A DNA stretch of 64,000 bases from Mycobacterium sp. (GTDB lineage Bacteria; Actinomycetota; Actinomycetes; RYN-182). The first letter of the stretch is position 1, and each line of letters opens with the position of its first letter. Shown in pieces: positions 19,785 to 29,400 of the stretch. Made by a program: the position numbers and the translations under genes. The DNA lies in the NCBI GenBank assembly GCA_025965515.1, contig JAOPWU010000149.1, forward strand, positions 430 through 64,429, given 5' to 3'. The notes under the pieces are model-generated. The model saw nothing but the letters and a program-made list of their open reading frames with translations. It made no database searches and was not told the origin of the DNA.

Positions 19785-20648
19785 GTGCGCGAGTCTCTCC
19801 CCATTGGGTATGCATTGATCCGAAGCCCGGGTCACGTCGTTGTTCTCGGCAACAGCCGGTTGTCTATGGCCTGCCAGGAGCTGGCGCTGCCTGCGTTGAT
19901 CCTACGCAACCCGACTGTGGCACCTCAAGGGATTGTTCACGTTTATGTGCCCCGGGAGCCCACGGTGGCCTTCAGCGCCCGAGACCTACGCTCTCCGGGG
20001 ATCGGGGACGCCGTTAGCGTCGCCCGCGAACGGGGCTTCCGACCGGTGGTGCGGTCCCCCGGCGGCCGGATGATCGCATACGATTCCGGGGCTGTCGTGA
20101 TTGATCGCGTAACTCGTACCGCAGGCCTTGAGGTTCCTGGAAGGCCAACGTTCGCGTGCACCGCGCTCGCGAACGTCAGTGTCCTCCAGCGGCTCGGTGT
20201 CGCCGACGTCCGCGTGGGAAAGGTGGATGGCGAGTACTGTCCGGGCGAGTTCAGCGTGAATGTTGCCGGCGCTGTGAAGGTTGTCGGGTCCGCCCAGCGC
20301 ATAGTGAGCGGAGGAGCGTTGCTCAGCACAGTGGTGCAGGTCGACCTCACCGACGAGGTGCGTTCGACGATTGATGCTGTCTCTGCAGCACTCGGTTACA
20401 ACCTTCGAGTGTCGTCGATCGGCGGCCTCCGACAGTTCGTGCCCGCGCTGAGTCCAGAGGCCGTCGCGGAAGCATTCGTCCAAGACTGCCGGAGCCGTCA
20501 TGAGATGTCGAACGGTCAGTTGCCCGAGGAGTTGGTTGAGCACGCGCTTACCGCTCGACTAGACCCGCAAAGCCAGGGGCCGTTTCACGTTGACGACTGG
20601 GTTCGCGCGACCTCGCTGCCGGGCCTTCGATTCTGGACACGCGATTGA
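19785..20648 (+). CDS. lipoate-protein ligase A family protein (BPL_LplA_LipB catalytic domain only)
   Basis: RSPGGRMIAYDSGAV matches LplA RSSGGGAVFHDLGN; KVVGSAQR matches LplA KISGSAQR; no C-terminal accessory domain. Confidence 0.6.
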   Translation: MRESLPIGYALIRSPGHVVVLGNSRLSMACQELALPALILRNPTVAPQGIVHVYVPREPTVAFSARDLRSPGIGDAVSVARERGFRPVVRSPGGRMIAYDSGAVVIDRVTRTAGLEVPGRPTFACTALANVSVLQRLGVADVRVGKVDGEYCPGEFSVNVAGAVKVVGSAQRIVSGGALLSTVVQVDLTDEVRSTIDAVSAALGYNLRVSSIGGLRQFVPALSPEAVAEAFVQDCRSRHEMSNGQLPEELVEHALTARLDPQSQGPFHVDDWVRATSLPGLRFWTRD

Positions 20649-20873
20649 TGGTCACGCGGCTGTTGGCGGGCGTAGCGGCCGCGAGAGTGTTCTTGACGCG
20701 GGTCCTGGCGGCGCGTTGACGACTTGCTCTGCGGCCGACATGATGATCACTAAGATCTGGAACAGTGCAGCTGTTGGCCTACCAGGATGCAACTACGTGA
20801 GCACCCCACAGACCAACGACGAACGCCCTCGCCCCTCTTGGGGCGGGGGCCTTCGTCGTTGTACGGCGTCTTC

Positions 20874-21395
20874 TCACACCCCGGTCGCGCCGTCGATGCG
20901 CTCCCGGATCAGGTCCGCGTGGCCGGCATGGCGGGCGTACTCGCCGATCATGTGGCTGTAGATCCACCGGAGCGTGACGTGGGTGCCCATGAACGGGCTG
21001 ATCTCGTCGAGGCCGCGCGCGGCGCCGTTGGCCCGCGCCTGCGCAACCTCCTCCTCCCAGGTGGCCCGGGCGCTGGCGAAGGTCACGCCGGCCGAGAGCT
21101 CGAAGCCGCCGTCCGGGCCGTTGGGGTCGGCGGCCGGGTCGTAGATCGGCGTGACCTGCTCACCCAGCAGGACACGGCGGAACCAGTTCCGCTCCACCTC
21201 GGCCATGTGCTGCAGGAGCCCGAGCAGCGTCAGGGGCGACGGCGACACCGAGGTCGTCCGCAGCTGCTCGTCGGTGAGGCCCTCGCACTTCATGACCAGC
21301 GTCGTCCGGTAGAAGTCGAGCCAGCTCTCCAGGGTCGTGCGCTCGTCGGCCTGGAGCGGGGGCATGGCGCGGTCGGTGGTCGTCATGCTCACCAT
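20874..21395 (-). CDS. DinB_2/DUF664 family protein (mycothiol-dependent enzyme-like four-helix bundle)
   Basis: 173 aa from MVSMTTTDRAMPPL; conserved WLDFYRTTLVMKCEGLTDEQL...IGEYARHAGHADLIRERIDG. Confidence 0.7.
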   Translation of the reverse strand: MVSMTTTDRAMPPLQADERTTLESWLDFYRTTLVMKCEGLTDEQLRTTSVSPSPLTLLGLLQHMAEVERNWFRRVLLGEQVTPIYDPAADPNGPDGGFELSAGVTFASARATWEEEVAQARANGAARGLDEISPFMGTHVTLRWIYSHMIGEYARHAGHADLIRERIDGATGV

Positions 21396-21533
21396 GCTGA
21401 CATCCGGGGCCGTCAGCCCCGGTCCAGTCGACCTAGAAGTCGGTGGCGCGCGGGTCCAGGAACGCGGGGATATCTGACGACGAGACCGGCCGCGCGCGGG
21501 CGCGGTCGGCACGACGACACGAAGGAACCGACG

Positions 21534-21935
21534 ATGGAGATCCTCACCCAGCAGCCGAGCACCAAGGGCCCGGCGGCGATGTTCACCGGCGACGTCTGGT
21601 TCGACGTCATCGCCAAGGGCAAGGAGCCCTCCCGCCTGCGGGCCAACATGGTGCGCTTCGCGCCCGGTGCCCGCACGGCCTGGCACTGCCACGCCGTCGG
21701 CCAGACGCTGCACGTCACCGAGGGGGTCGGCCTCGTCCAGTCCCGGGGCGGCGAGGTCGTCGTCATGCGCCCCGGGGGCATCGTCTACACGCCGCCGGGC
21801 GAATGGCACTGGCACGGCGCGGACCCCGACCACTTCATGTGCCACCTGGCCCTGTGGGAGGGACCCGGCGAGGGCAACGGCCCCGAGTCCGAGTGGGGCG
21901 ACGTCGTCACCGAGCAGGAGTACCGCGCCCGCTGA
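21534..21935 (+). CDS. cupin domain protein
   Basis: 133 aa; two cupin His motifs (WHCHAVGQTLHVTEG and PPGEWHWHGA). Confidence 0.7.
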   Translation: MEILTQQPSTKGPAAMFTGDVWFDVIAKGKEPSRLRANMVRFAPGARTAWHCHAVGQTLHVTEGVGLVQSRGGEVVVMRPGGIVYTPPGEWHWHGADPDHFMCHLALWEGPGEGNGPESEWGDVVTEQEYRAR

Positions 21936-21950
21936 GGCCCGGCCGGCCCC

Positions 21951-22583
21951 TCAGCCCTCCGTCAGCAGCGTCCTTCCGAGCGGCTCGCCCGCCAGCCGGC
22001 CGTCGGGCACCACCCGCCCGCACAGGTGCAGGACGAGGTCCTCGGCCGAACCCCGCAGCGGCGGCCCCGAACCGTACGACCAGTCGAGGTCGGTCGCCGA
22101 CAGGGCCCGGCCGCTGATGTCGGTGCCGAAGTGGGCGTGCCCGCCACCCCCGGTCAGCTGGTCCAGGACGATCTGGACGGTCGCGTCGGGGGAGCGGCGA
22201 TGCTCGCCGAGCGGCACGGTGATGTCGAGCCCGTGGACGACGACGTGGTTGAGCGCCCCGTGCGCCCCGCCGCCCGGCGGCTGCCACGCGTGCAGCACCT
22301 CGCTGCGCAGGTTCTTCACCAGGTCGTCGGTCGGCAGCTGCCCATCCCGGGCGGCGATCCGGTTGGACAGCCGGGTGAAGTCGAACCCGTCATCGCGGAG
22401 CTCGGCCATGAACGCCGCCTCCTCGTAGCGGGCCGGCATGGTCACGTGGGCCACGACCTCCCGCACGCGCCACTCGGTGCAGAGCGACGGGGTGTCCCAC
22501 CGCTCCGGCAGCAGCCCGTCCAGCAGCTCGGCGAGGGCCAGGTAGTCGGCCGCCACGAGCGCCTGTAGGTCTTCCTCGGTCAC
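21951..22583 (-). CDS. maleylpyruvate isomerase N-terminal domain family protein (TIGR03083-like, mycothiol-dependent)
   Basis: GTG start (VTEEDLQALV); DinB-like helical N-terminus with conserved His (REVVAHVT). Confidence 0.6.
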   Translation of the reverse strand: MTEEDLQALVAADYLALAELLDGLLPERWDTPSLCTEWRVREVVAHVTMPARYEEAAFMAELRDDGFDFTRLSNRIAARDGQLPTDDLVKNLRSEVLHAWQPPGGGAHGALNHVVVHGLDITVPLGEHRRSPDATVQIVLDQLTGGGGHAHFGTDISGRALSATDLDWSYGSGPPLRGSAEDLVLHLCGRVVPDGRLAGEPLGRTLLTEG

Positions 22584-22695
22584 CGTCGTCGTCTCCCTCG
22601 GGTCAGCGGTCCGACACTCCCGGAACCGACGATCGCTCCGGCCGCAACTCATCGGCTGCGCCCCCATCCTGGACGCCGCCGGCTGACGCGACCGG

Positions 22696-23697
22696 CTACG
22701 CCCGGTGCCGCACGCCCTCGGGCGCGAAGCTGGCCAGCCGCGGCCCCCGCACCGGCGCGTCGCCCAGCGCCGCGTCGACCGCCGCCAGCACGTCCGGCGT
22801 CAGCTCGATGCCCGAGGCCTTGGCGTTCGCGTACACCTGCTCGGGCCGCGAGGCGCCGACGATGGCCGAGGCCACCTCGTCGCGGCGCAGCACCCAGGCC
22901 AGGGCCAGCTCGGTCAGCGTCAGCCCCGCGCCCTCGGCGATGGGGCGCAGCCGCTCCACCGCCGCCACCGTCGCGTCGTTCAGCACCAGGCCCATCGCGC
23001 CGCTCATGGACTCACTCGCTGCGCGGGAGTCGGCCGGGTACGGCTCGCCGGGCCGGTACTTGCCGGTGAGCACGCCCTGCGCCAGCGGCGACCAGACGAT
23101 CTGCGAGATCCCGTTCGCCTGGCACAGCTCGAGGAGCTCCGCCTCGGGTGCCTGCCAGAGCATCGAGTACTGCGGCTGCGACGAGACGAACAGGTCGGGC
23201 CCGGCGATGTCGATCGCCGCCCGGATCTGCTCCGCCGTCCACTCGCTGAAGCCGAGGTAGCGCGCCTTGCCGTCCTGCACGACCTGCTGCAGCGCCTCGA
23301 CGATCTCCTCGATCGGGGTGTCCACGTCGAACCGGTGCGCCTGGTACAGGTCGACGTGGTCGGTGCGCAGCCGCCGCAGGGAGGCGTCGATCTGCTTCGC
23401 GATCTGCGGGGCCGACAGGCCGTGGTCCGCGGGGTCGTCGGACATCGGGCCCCACACCTTGGTCGCGAGGACGTAGGAGTCGCGCGGGTGGGTTGCGAGG
23501 ATCTCGCCCCAGGCTTCCTCGGCGGCGCCGCGGCCGTACACGTTCGCGGTGTCGAAGAACGTGATCCCGGCGTCGAACGCGGCCTCGGTGCAGGCGCGGG
23601 TCTGATCGGCCGCCACGCCGCCGGAGTACGTGAGCCAGGACCCGAGCGAGATCTCGGAGACCACCAGGTCCGAACTGCCGAGCTTCCGGTAACGCAT
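22696..23697 (-). CDS. aldo/keto reductase
   Basis: 333 aa; MRYRKLGSSDLVVSEISLGSWLTYSGG; FFDTANVYGRGAAEE; catalytic tetrad context. Confidence 0.85.
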   Translation of the reverse strand: MRYRKLGSSDLVVSEISLGSWLTYSGGVAADQTRACTEAAFDAGITFFDTANVYGRGAAEEAWGEILATHPRDSYVLATKVWGPMSDDPADHGLSAPQIAKQIDASLRRLRTDHVDLYQAHRFDVDTPIEEIVEALQQVVQDGKARYLGFSEWTAEQIRAAIDIAGPDLFVSSQPQYSMLWQAPEAELLELCQANGISQIVWSPLAQGVLTGKYRPGEPYPADSRAASESMSGAMGLVLNDATVAAVERLRPIAEGAGLTLTELALAWVLRRDEVASAIVGASRPEQVYANAKASGIELTPDVLAAVDAALGDAPVRGPRLASFAPEGVRHRA

Positions 23698-23724
23698 ATC
23701 GAGCCTTCCGTTCGATGGGTCCGG

Positions 23725-25470
23725 TCAGGCCGTGACCGGGGTCGACCGCACCTCCACGATCGGCAGCCGGAGCGCCGCGGGCGCGTCGGCCGGCACCACA
23801 GGGTGCGCCGGCGGGACGGGCGCCAGGCGCTCGTACCCCGTGCCGAGCGGCGGACGCGCGTCCGTCTCGCCCTTGTTCGGCCAGAGCGACATGGCGCGCT
23901 CCGCCTGCGCCGTGATGGTCAGCGACGGGTTCACGCCCAGGTTCGCCGAGATCGCGGAGCCGTCGACGATGTGCATCCCGGGGTTGCCGTAGACCCGGTG
24001 GTAGGCGTCGACGACGCCCGTGGCGGGGGAGTCGCCGATCGCGCAGCCCCCGAGGAAGTGCGCGGTCATGGGGATGTCGACGATCTCGCCGATGCTGTTC
24101 ACGGGGAAGCCGTCGATCGCCTTCGCCATCCGGCGCTGCGCCTCGTCCGCGGCCGGGATCCACGTCGGGTTCGGCGTCCCGTGGCCCTGCTTGCTGGTGA
24201 CCTTGAAGCGGCCGAAGCGGGTCTTCGTCGGGTACAGCGTCAGCGAGTTGTCGTGCGTCTGCATGACGAGGGCGATCACGCCGCGCTCGGACCAGTGGTT
24301 CAGCCCCGCGTACAGCGAGAGCAGCTGCCCCGGGTGCCGCGCGACCTGGCCCAGCCACGTCTTCCAGCGCTTCCGGTCCGTGCCGCCCTTGGTCGCGATG
24401 GTCGAGAGCAGCCCCATGGCGTTGGACCCCTTGCCGTAGCGGCAGGGCTCGATGTGCGTCCGCTCGTCGGGGTGGATGGAGCTGGTGATCGCCACGCCGT
24501 GCGTGAAGTCGTGCTCCTTGCGGGAGCGCAGCTTGGTCACCGCCCCGCCGAGGGACTCGCTGTTCGTGCGGGTCAGGAAGCCCAGCCGGTCCGACAGTGC
24601 GGGCAGCGCGCCCGTGGTCTTCATGCGGTGCAGCAGCTGCTGCGTGCCCCAGCCGCCGGCGGCGAGCACGACCTCGTCGGCGGTGAAGGTGTGGCGGGTG
24701 CGGCGGCCGACCCAGGCGCCGGTGCGGACCGTGGTGACCTCGTAGCCGCCTCCGGTGCGGGGGCGGATGCGGGTCACCGTCGTCAGCGGGTGCACGACGG
24801 CGCCGGCCTTCTCCGCGAGGTAGAGGTAGTTCTTCACGAGGGTGTTCTTCGCGTTGTGCCGGCAGCCGGTCATGCACGAGCCGCACTCGATGCAGCCGGT
24901 GCGCTCGGGGCCCACCCCGCCGAAGTACGGGTCCGGCACGGTGGTGCCGGGCTCCTTCGTGGCGCCGCGGCCGAAGAACACGCCGACCGGGGTGGGGGTC
25001 CAGCTGTCCGCCACGCCCATCTCGCCGGCCACCTGCTGCAGCACCCGGTCCGAGGCGGTCACCGTCGGCTGGCGGACAACGCCGAGCATCCGCTTGGCCT
25101 GCGCGTAGTGGGGGGCCAGCTCGGCCCGCCAGTCCGTGATGCCGGCCCACTGCTGATCGTCGTAGAAGGCGTCCGACTTGGGCTCGTAGAGCGTGTTCGC
25201 GTACACCAGCGAGCCGCCCCCGACGCCGGCGCCGGCCAGCACCAGCACGTCCGGCAGCGCGTGGATGCGCTGGATGCCGTAGCAGCCGAGCTTGGGCGCC
25301 CAGATGAACTTCCGCGCGTCCCAGCTGGTGGTCGCGAACTCGTCGTCGCGGAACCGCCGGCCCGCCTCGAGGACGCCGACGCGGTAGCCCTTCTCGGTCA
25401 GCCGCAGCGCGGTGACGGAGCCGCCGAAGCCGCTGCCGATGACGAGGACGTCGTAATGCGTTGTGCTCAT
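23725..25470 (-). CDS. GMC family oxidoreductase (cholesterol oxidase/ChoD-like)
   Basis: 581 aa; YDVLVIGSGFGGSVTALRLTEKGYRVGVLEAG FAD motif; GMC C-terminal substrate domain. Confidence 0.85.
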   Translation of the reverse strand: MSTTHYDVLVIGSGFGGSVTALRLTEKGYRVGVLEAGRRFRDDEFATTSWDARKFIWAPKLGCYGIQRIHALPDVLVLAGAGVGGGSLVYANTLYEPKSDAFYDDQQWAGITDWRAELAPHYAQAKRMLGVVRQPTVTASDRVLQQVAGEMGVADSWTPTPVGVFFGRGATKEPGTTVPDPYFGGVGPERTGCIECGSCMTGCRHNAKNTLVKNYLYLAEKAGAVVHPLTTVTRIRPRTGGGYEVTTVRTGAWVGRRTRHTFTADEVVLAAGGWGTQQLLHRMKTTGALPALSDRLGFLTRTNSESLGGAVTKLRSRKEHDFTHGVAITSSIHPDERTHIEPCRYGKGSNAMGLLSTIATKGGTDRKRWKTWLGQVARHPGQLLSLYAGLNHWSERGVIALVMQTHDNSLTLYPTKTRFGRFKVTSKQGHGTPNPTWIPAADEAQRRMAKAIDGFPVNSIGEIVDIPMTAHFLGGCAIGDSPATGVVDAYHRVYGNPGMHIVDGSAISANLGVNPSLTITAQAERAMSLWPNKGETDARPPLGTGYERLAPVPPAHPVVPADAPAALRLPIVEVRSTPVTA

Positions 25471-25532
25471 GCGGGTCCGTTCCGTTCCGACCGGTGGTCA
25501 CACCAGCGTAGGACACCGACATGACCGCCCGG

Positions 25533-26435
25533 TCACGACCGTCGGTACGCGTACACCCGGGTGGTGATGACGCAGGGCGCCGGCGGCACCACCTCGACCC
25601 GCAGCTCCCCGTCCGGTGCGACGTCGATCCCCTCCGTCTCGAACGTCCCCGTGCACAGGCTGTGCTGGGGGAGCGGGCCCAGCGCGGTGACGGCGCCGGC
25701 TGCGTCCGGCCCCAGCGGCTGGGCCAGGTCCACCTGCAGCAGCGGCTTCGCGACGCCGAACAGGTCGGTGCCCGGGTCGTCGCTCGAGCACAGCAGCTGC
25801 CGGTCGGTGACGAAGTCGCAGCCCTGCACGTTGCGGACCGTGCGGTCGAGCGTGATGACACCGGCGAGCGGGAGCGGCTGCGAGACCGGCTGCGGGGTGC
25901 CCGGCGCCGGCAGCCGGAAGACGAGCAGCCGCCGCATGGCGAGCCACTCGCCGGAGACCAGCCACCGCCCGTCGGGGCTCACGGCAGCGAAGGAGTTGTT
26001 GTAGAGCTCGGGTGGCGAGAGCGGCGCCAGTGGGTGCACGAAGTCGTACTGCTGCCCCGTCGGGGCGGTGACCTCGTAGAGCTTGCTGCTGGCGCCGGCG
26101 GGCCCCTGGTACGCGTCGACGACGTAGCCGCCGCGGGCCCCGGGGTCGCCGATGTGCTGCCAGCCCTGGAGCAGCAGCGGCAGCGGGATGGTCCCGCTGC
26201 CGCGGTAGACGGTCGTCGGCCCGACCGACGTCGTCACGGTGGCCAGCCCCTGGTTGCTGGTCAGCGAGTCGCGGACGTAGGAGCCCGTCGGGTGCCAGGG
26301 GCCCAGCGAGCCCGGGGCCGGGCCGGGCAGCAGCGCGGCGCGCGCCGGGGGAGCCGTGGTCAGCACCAGCGCCGCCACCACAGCCAGGATCGGAAGGACA
26401 GTGCTCCCGGCCGCCCTCAGTCGACAGCTCCGCAT
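25533..26435 (-). CDS. secreted hypothetical protein
   Basis: N-terminal signal peptide (LPILAVVAALVLTTAPPARA); no recognisable family. Confidence 0.5.
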   Translation of the reverse strand: MRSCRLRAAGSTVLPILAVVAALVLTTAPPARAALLPGPAPGSLGPWHPTGSYVRDSLTSNQGLATVTTSVGPTTVYRGSGTIPLPLLLQGWQHIGDPGARGGYVVDAYQGPAGASSKLYEVTAPTGQQYDFVHPLAPLSPPELYNNSFAAVSPDGRWLVSGEWLAMRRLLVFRLPAPGTPQPVSQPLPLAGVITLDRTVRNVQGCDFVTDRQLLCSSDDPGTDLFGVAKPLLQVDLAQPLGPDAAGAVTALGPLPQHSLCTGTFETEGIDVAPDGELRVEVVPPAPCVITTRVYAYRRS

Positions 26436-26567
26436 CGCGCCCTCCCGTTGCTCCGGTGCAGGGCGCAGCCTCCTGCGGCGGGACCGGCAAGGGAAGGGTC
26501 AGGCGCAGGAACGTTGGCCGAAGGGCCGGCGACCGTCGAGCCCGCTGGGGGACGCGGCCGCGTGGGC

Positions 26568-28421
26568 TCACGTCAGCTGGACGGCCACCCCCGTCTCGAG
26601 CCAGCGCGACAGGCCGAGCACCAGCTCCACGGCGCCCCGGGCGGCCGGGTCGTCCGCCCCCTCCTGGCTGTGGGCGAGCGCGCGGGCGGCGGGCAGGTCG
26701 AGCAGCGCGAGTACCGGCGCATCCGCCCGCGCGAGGACCGACGCCAGCTCGCGGCGCAGCGCCAGGGCGTACCCCGGGTCCTGCGTCGACGGGTAGGGGC
26801 TCTTCCGCCGCGCGGAAATCGACGCCGGCAGGTCGCCCATCGTTGCGGCCCGCAGCAGGCTCTTCTCGCGGCCGTCGAAGGTCTTCATCGCCCAGGGCGT
26901 GTTGAAGACGTACTGCACGAGCCGGTCGTCGCAGAACGGCACGCGTACCTCGAGCCCGCTGGCCATACTCATCCGGTCCTTGCGATCCAGCAGGATCTGC
27001 ACGAAGCGGGTGAGGTGCAGGTAGCAGACCTCCCGCATCCGGCGCTCCCGGGCGTCCGCGCCGGGCACGTGCGGCACCTCCGCCAGCGCGGCGCGGTAGC
27101 TGGCCTCCCGGTGCCCGGCCAGGTCGAGGTCGCGGACGAGGCCCGGGTCGAGGAGCGAGGTGTGGCCGAACGGGCCCCCTCCCATCGCCTGGGTGGCGGC
27201 CACCCACGGGAAGGTGTCCGCGGCGACGGCGGCCGGGTCGTGGAACCACCGGTAGCCGCCGAACACCTCGTCGGCGGACTCGCCGGACAGCGCGACCGTC
27301 GAGTGGCCGCGGATCTCCTTGAACAGGAGGTAGAGCGACGTGAACATCTCGCTCATGAGCGGGGCGTCGTTCGCCCGGACCACGGCGTCGTGCGCGGCCG
27401 GGTCCATGAGGTCGTCGTTGGACAGCACGATGTCGCTGTGGTCGGCGCCGACGTGCTTGGCGAGCTCGTGCACGTACGGGGTGTCCGGGCTGTCGCGCAT
27501 CGCGTCCGCGACGAAGTTGTCCTCGTAGCCCTCGAAGTCGACGGCGAAGCTGCGGACCGGGCCGCCGCCCTGCTCCCGCAGCGCCGCCGCGGCCAGGGCC
27601 GTCACTGCGGAGCTGTCGAGCCCCCCGGACAGCAGGGTGCAGAGCGGCACGTCGGAGATGAGTTGCCGGCGCACGATGTCCCCGAGCAGGTCGCGCACGG
27701 TGGCGATGGTGGTGGGCAGATCGTCGGTGTGCTCACGGGCCGCCAGCTGCCAGTAGCGGCGCTTCGTCAGGCCCTCGGGCCGGACGGTCACGATCTGGCC
27801 GGGCCGCACCTCGGCGAGGCTCCGGTACACCGACCGCTCGGGGTTCTTGGTCATGGCGAGCTGCTCGCGCAGCCCCGCCAGGCCGACGACCTGGTCGCCC
27901 TCGGGGTGCGCGTGGATGGCCTTGGGCTCGGAGCCGAACAGCACCCCGCCCGCCGTCGGCTGGTAGAAGAGCGGCTTGATACCCATCCGGTCGCGGACCA
28001 GGTGCAGCTGCTGGCGCCGCTCGTCCCAGACGGCGAACGCGAACATCCCGTTCAGGTGGCCGGCGAGCTCGGCCCCCCACTGCAGGTACGCGTGCAGCAC
28101 GGTCTCCGTGTCGCTCTCGGTGCGCCAGGTGTGGCCGAGGGCGGAGAGCTCGACCCGCAGCTCGAGGTGGTTGTAGACCTCACCGCTGTAGACGATGGCG
28201 GCGACCAGGTCGCCGTGGTCGTCCGTGACGGACATCGGCTGGTGGCCGCCGGGCAGGTCGATGATCGCGAGCCGGCGGTGGCCCAGCGCGGCGTGCGCCG
28301 CGAGCTGCACCCCGCCCTCGTCCGGTCCGCGGCAGGCCATCGTGGCTGTCATCGCCTCGGTGGCGGCCTGCTCGCGCCGGACGTCGCGCGTGAAGTCCAC
28401 CCAGCCTGCGATTCCGCACAT
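26568..28421 (-). CDS. asnB: asparagine synthetase (glutamine-hydrolyzing) AsnB
   Basis: Start MCGIAGW (Cys2 nucleophile) with AAGGAGG RBS; SGGLDSS PP-loop motif; about 617 aa. Confidence 0.9.
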   Translation of the reverse strand: MCGIAGWVDFTRDVRREQAATEAMTATMACRGPDEGGVQLAAHAALGHRRLAIIDLPGGHQPMSVTDDHGDLVAAIVYSGEVYNHLELRVELSALGHTWRTESDTETVLHAYLQWGAELAGHLNGMFAFAVWDERRQQLHLVRDRMGIKPLFYQPTAGGVLFGSEPKAIHAHPEGDQVVGLAGLREQLAMTKNPERSVYRSLAEVRPGQIVTVRPEGLTKRRYWQLAAREHTDDLPTTIATVRDLLGDIVRRQLISDVPLCTLLSGGLDSSAVTALAAAALREQGGGPVRSFAVDFEGYEDNFVADAMRDSPDTPYVHELAKHVGADHSDIVLSNDDLMDPAAHDAVVRANDAPLMSEMFTSLYLLFKEIRGHSTVALSGESADEVFGGYRWFHDPAAVAADTFPWVAATQAMGGGPFGHTSLLDPGLVRDLDLAGHREASYRAALAEVPHVPGADARERRMREVCYLHLTRFVQILLDRKDRMSMASGLEVRVPFCDDRLVQYVFNTPWAMKTFDGREKSLLRAATMGDLPASISARRKSPYPSTQDPGYALALRRELASVLARADAPVLALLDLPAARALAHSQEGADDPAARGAVELVLGLSRWLETGVAVQLT

Positions 28422-28527
28422 GCCACACCTCCTTGTGTGCGCCGGCCGGCATGACCGGCGCCACAGAGCCTTCCCTTCGTGGAGGGAACCGGTTGGCAAT
28501 GGCACCGAAATGTGCACGTGATGTGGG

Positions 28528-29331
28528 TCACTCTTCGGCGTGCCCGCGGGCCAGCAGCGCCCGGGTCGCGGCGATCCGCAGGGCAGGGGAGCGGCCCAGC
28601 GCCCGCGTGGCCGCCGCGGGATCGCCCGCCAGCCCGGCCGGGAGCGCGCCGGTCGCCGCGAGCAGGCCGACGGCCGTCCGCTGGCTGTCGAAGGGCACCG
28701 GCCCGGCGTCCCGACCCCGCACCACCCCGTGGCGGGACACGTACAGCCCCGCGGTACCCGGCACCGGCCCGAGACACGTGGTCAGCTGCGCACCGGGGAA
28801 CGGCCGGCGGACGTAGTTCGGCTCCGTGGCGTCCACCGCGGCCAGCTGCTGCCGGTCGAGCCAGAGGACGACGACCGCCGCGCGGGCACCGGGGCGCGGC
28901 AGCGCAGCCGCCGGCACGAAACCGGGTCGGCTGACGTGCGCGGAGTACCCGACGAACAGGCCCTCCGCCTCTGCGGGCAGCGCCGGCAGCGTGGCGGAGG
29001 CGCCGGCCCTCGCCAGCTTCGCCGCCAGCACGCCGGGACAGGCGTTGCTGCCGTACGCGATCACGGGGCGGCGCAGCTCCAGCGGGACGGCGCCCCAACG
29101 CCGCAGCACCGCCGCGAGGCGCACCCGGGCCGCCGCAGCCGCCACCGGCAGCCGCACCAGGGAGGAGCCGAGCAGGACCGCCGGGAAGGGCAGCACGGGA
29201 CCGGGGTAGCGCTCCGGCTCGGCCGCCAGGTCGGCGTCGAGACCAAGCTCCGCGCACCCGCGGCGGGGCGCTTCCGTCACGGCCTTTCCCGGGTGCGGGC
29301 TGATCGCAGAAAAGCAGGGTGGCGACCGCAT
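28528..29331 (-). CDS. gamma-glutamylcyclotransferase (AIG2/GGCT-like) family protein
   Basis: IAYGSNACPGVLAAKLARAG resembles actinobacterial GGCT YGSN motif; stop 107 nt upstream of the asnB start on the same strand; competing plus-strand frame is R/G-rich nonsense. Start uncertain. Confidence 0.4.
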   Translation of the reverse strand: MRSPPCFSAISPHPGKAVTEAPRRGCAELGLDADLAAEPERYPGPVLPFPAVLLGSSLVRLPVAAAAARVRLAAVLRRWGAVPLELRRPVIAYGSNACPGVLAAKLARAGASATLPALPAEAEGLFVGYSAHVSRPGFVPAAALPRPGARAAVVVLWLDRQQLAAVDATEPNYVRRPFPGAQLTTCLGPVPGTAGLYVSRHGVVRGRDAGPVPFDSQRTAVGLLAATGALPAGLAGDPAAATRALGRSPALRIAATRALLARGHAEE

Positions 29332-29400
29332 GCCGCCAGGCACCGGCGGGGTAGACAACCGGACACGTTCGGCCCACCGTCGCACCCCTGGGAGCCTGCC

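Noticed and set aside
22705-25861. 939-aa plus-strand and 949-aa minus-strand ORFs spanning the AKR/GMC region
   Set aside because: Overlap clearly homologous AKR and GMC oxidoreductase genes in other frames; products are Arg/Gly/Pro-rich nonsense.
25498-28454. 583-aa minus and 977-aa plus ORFs over the secreted protein/asnB region
   Set aside because: Shadow frames of asnB and neighbour; no domain signatures.
28540-29400. Plus-strand N-terminal extension of the SRPBCC ORF (604-aa version)
   Set aside because: Extension translates to an R/G/P-rich sequence. The GTG at 29401 gives a typical-length SRPBCC protein, and the opposite strand carries the plausible GGCT-like gene.
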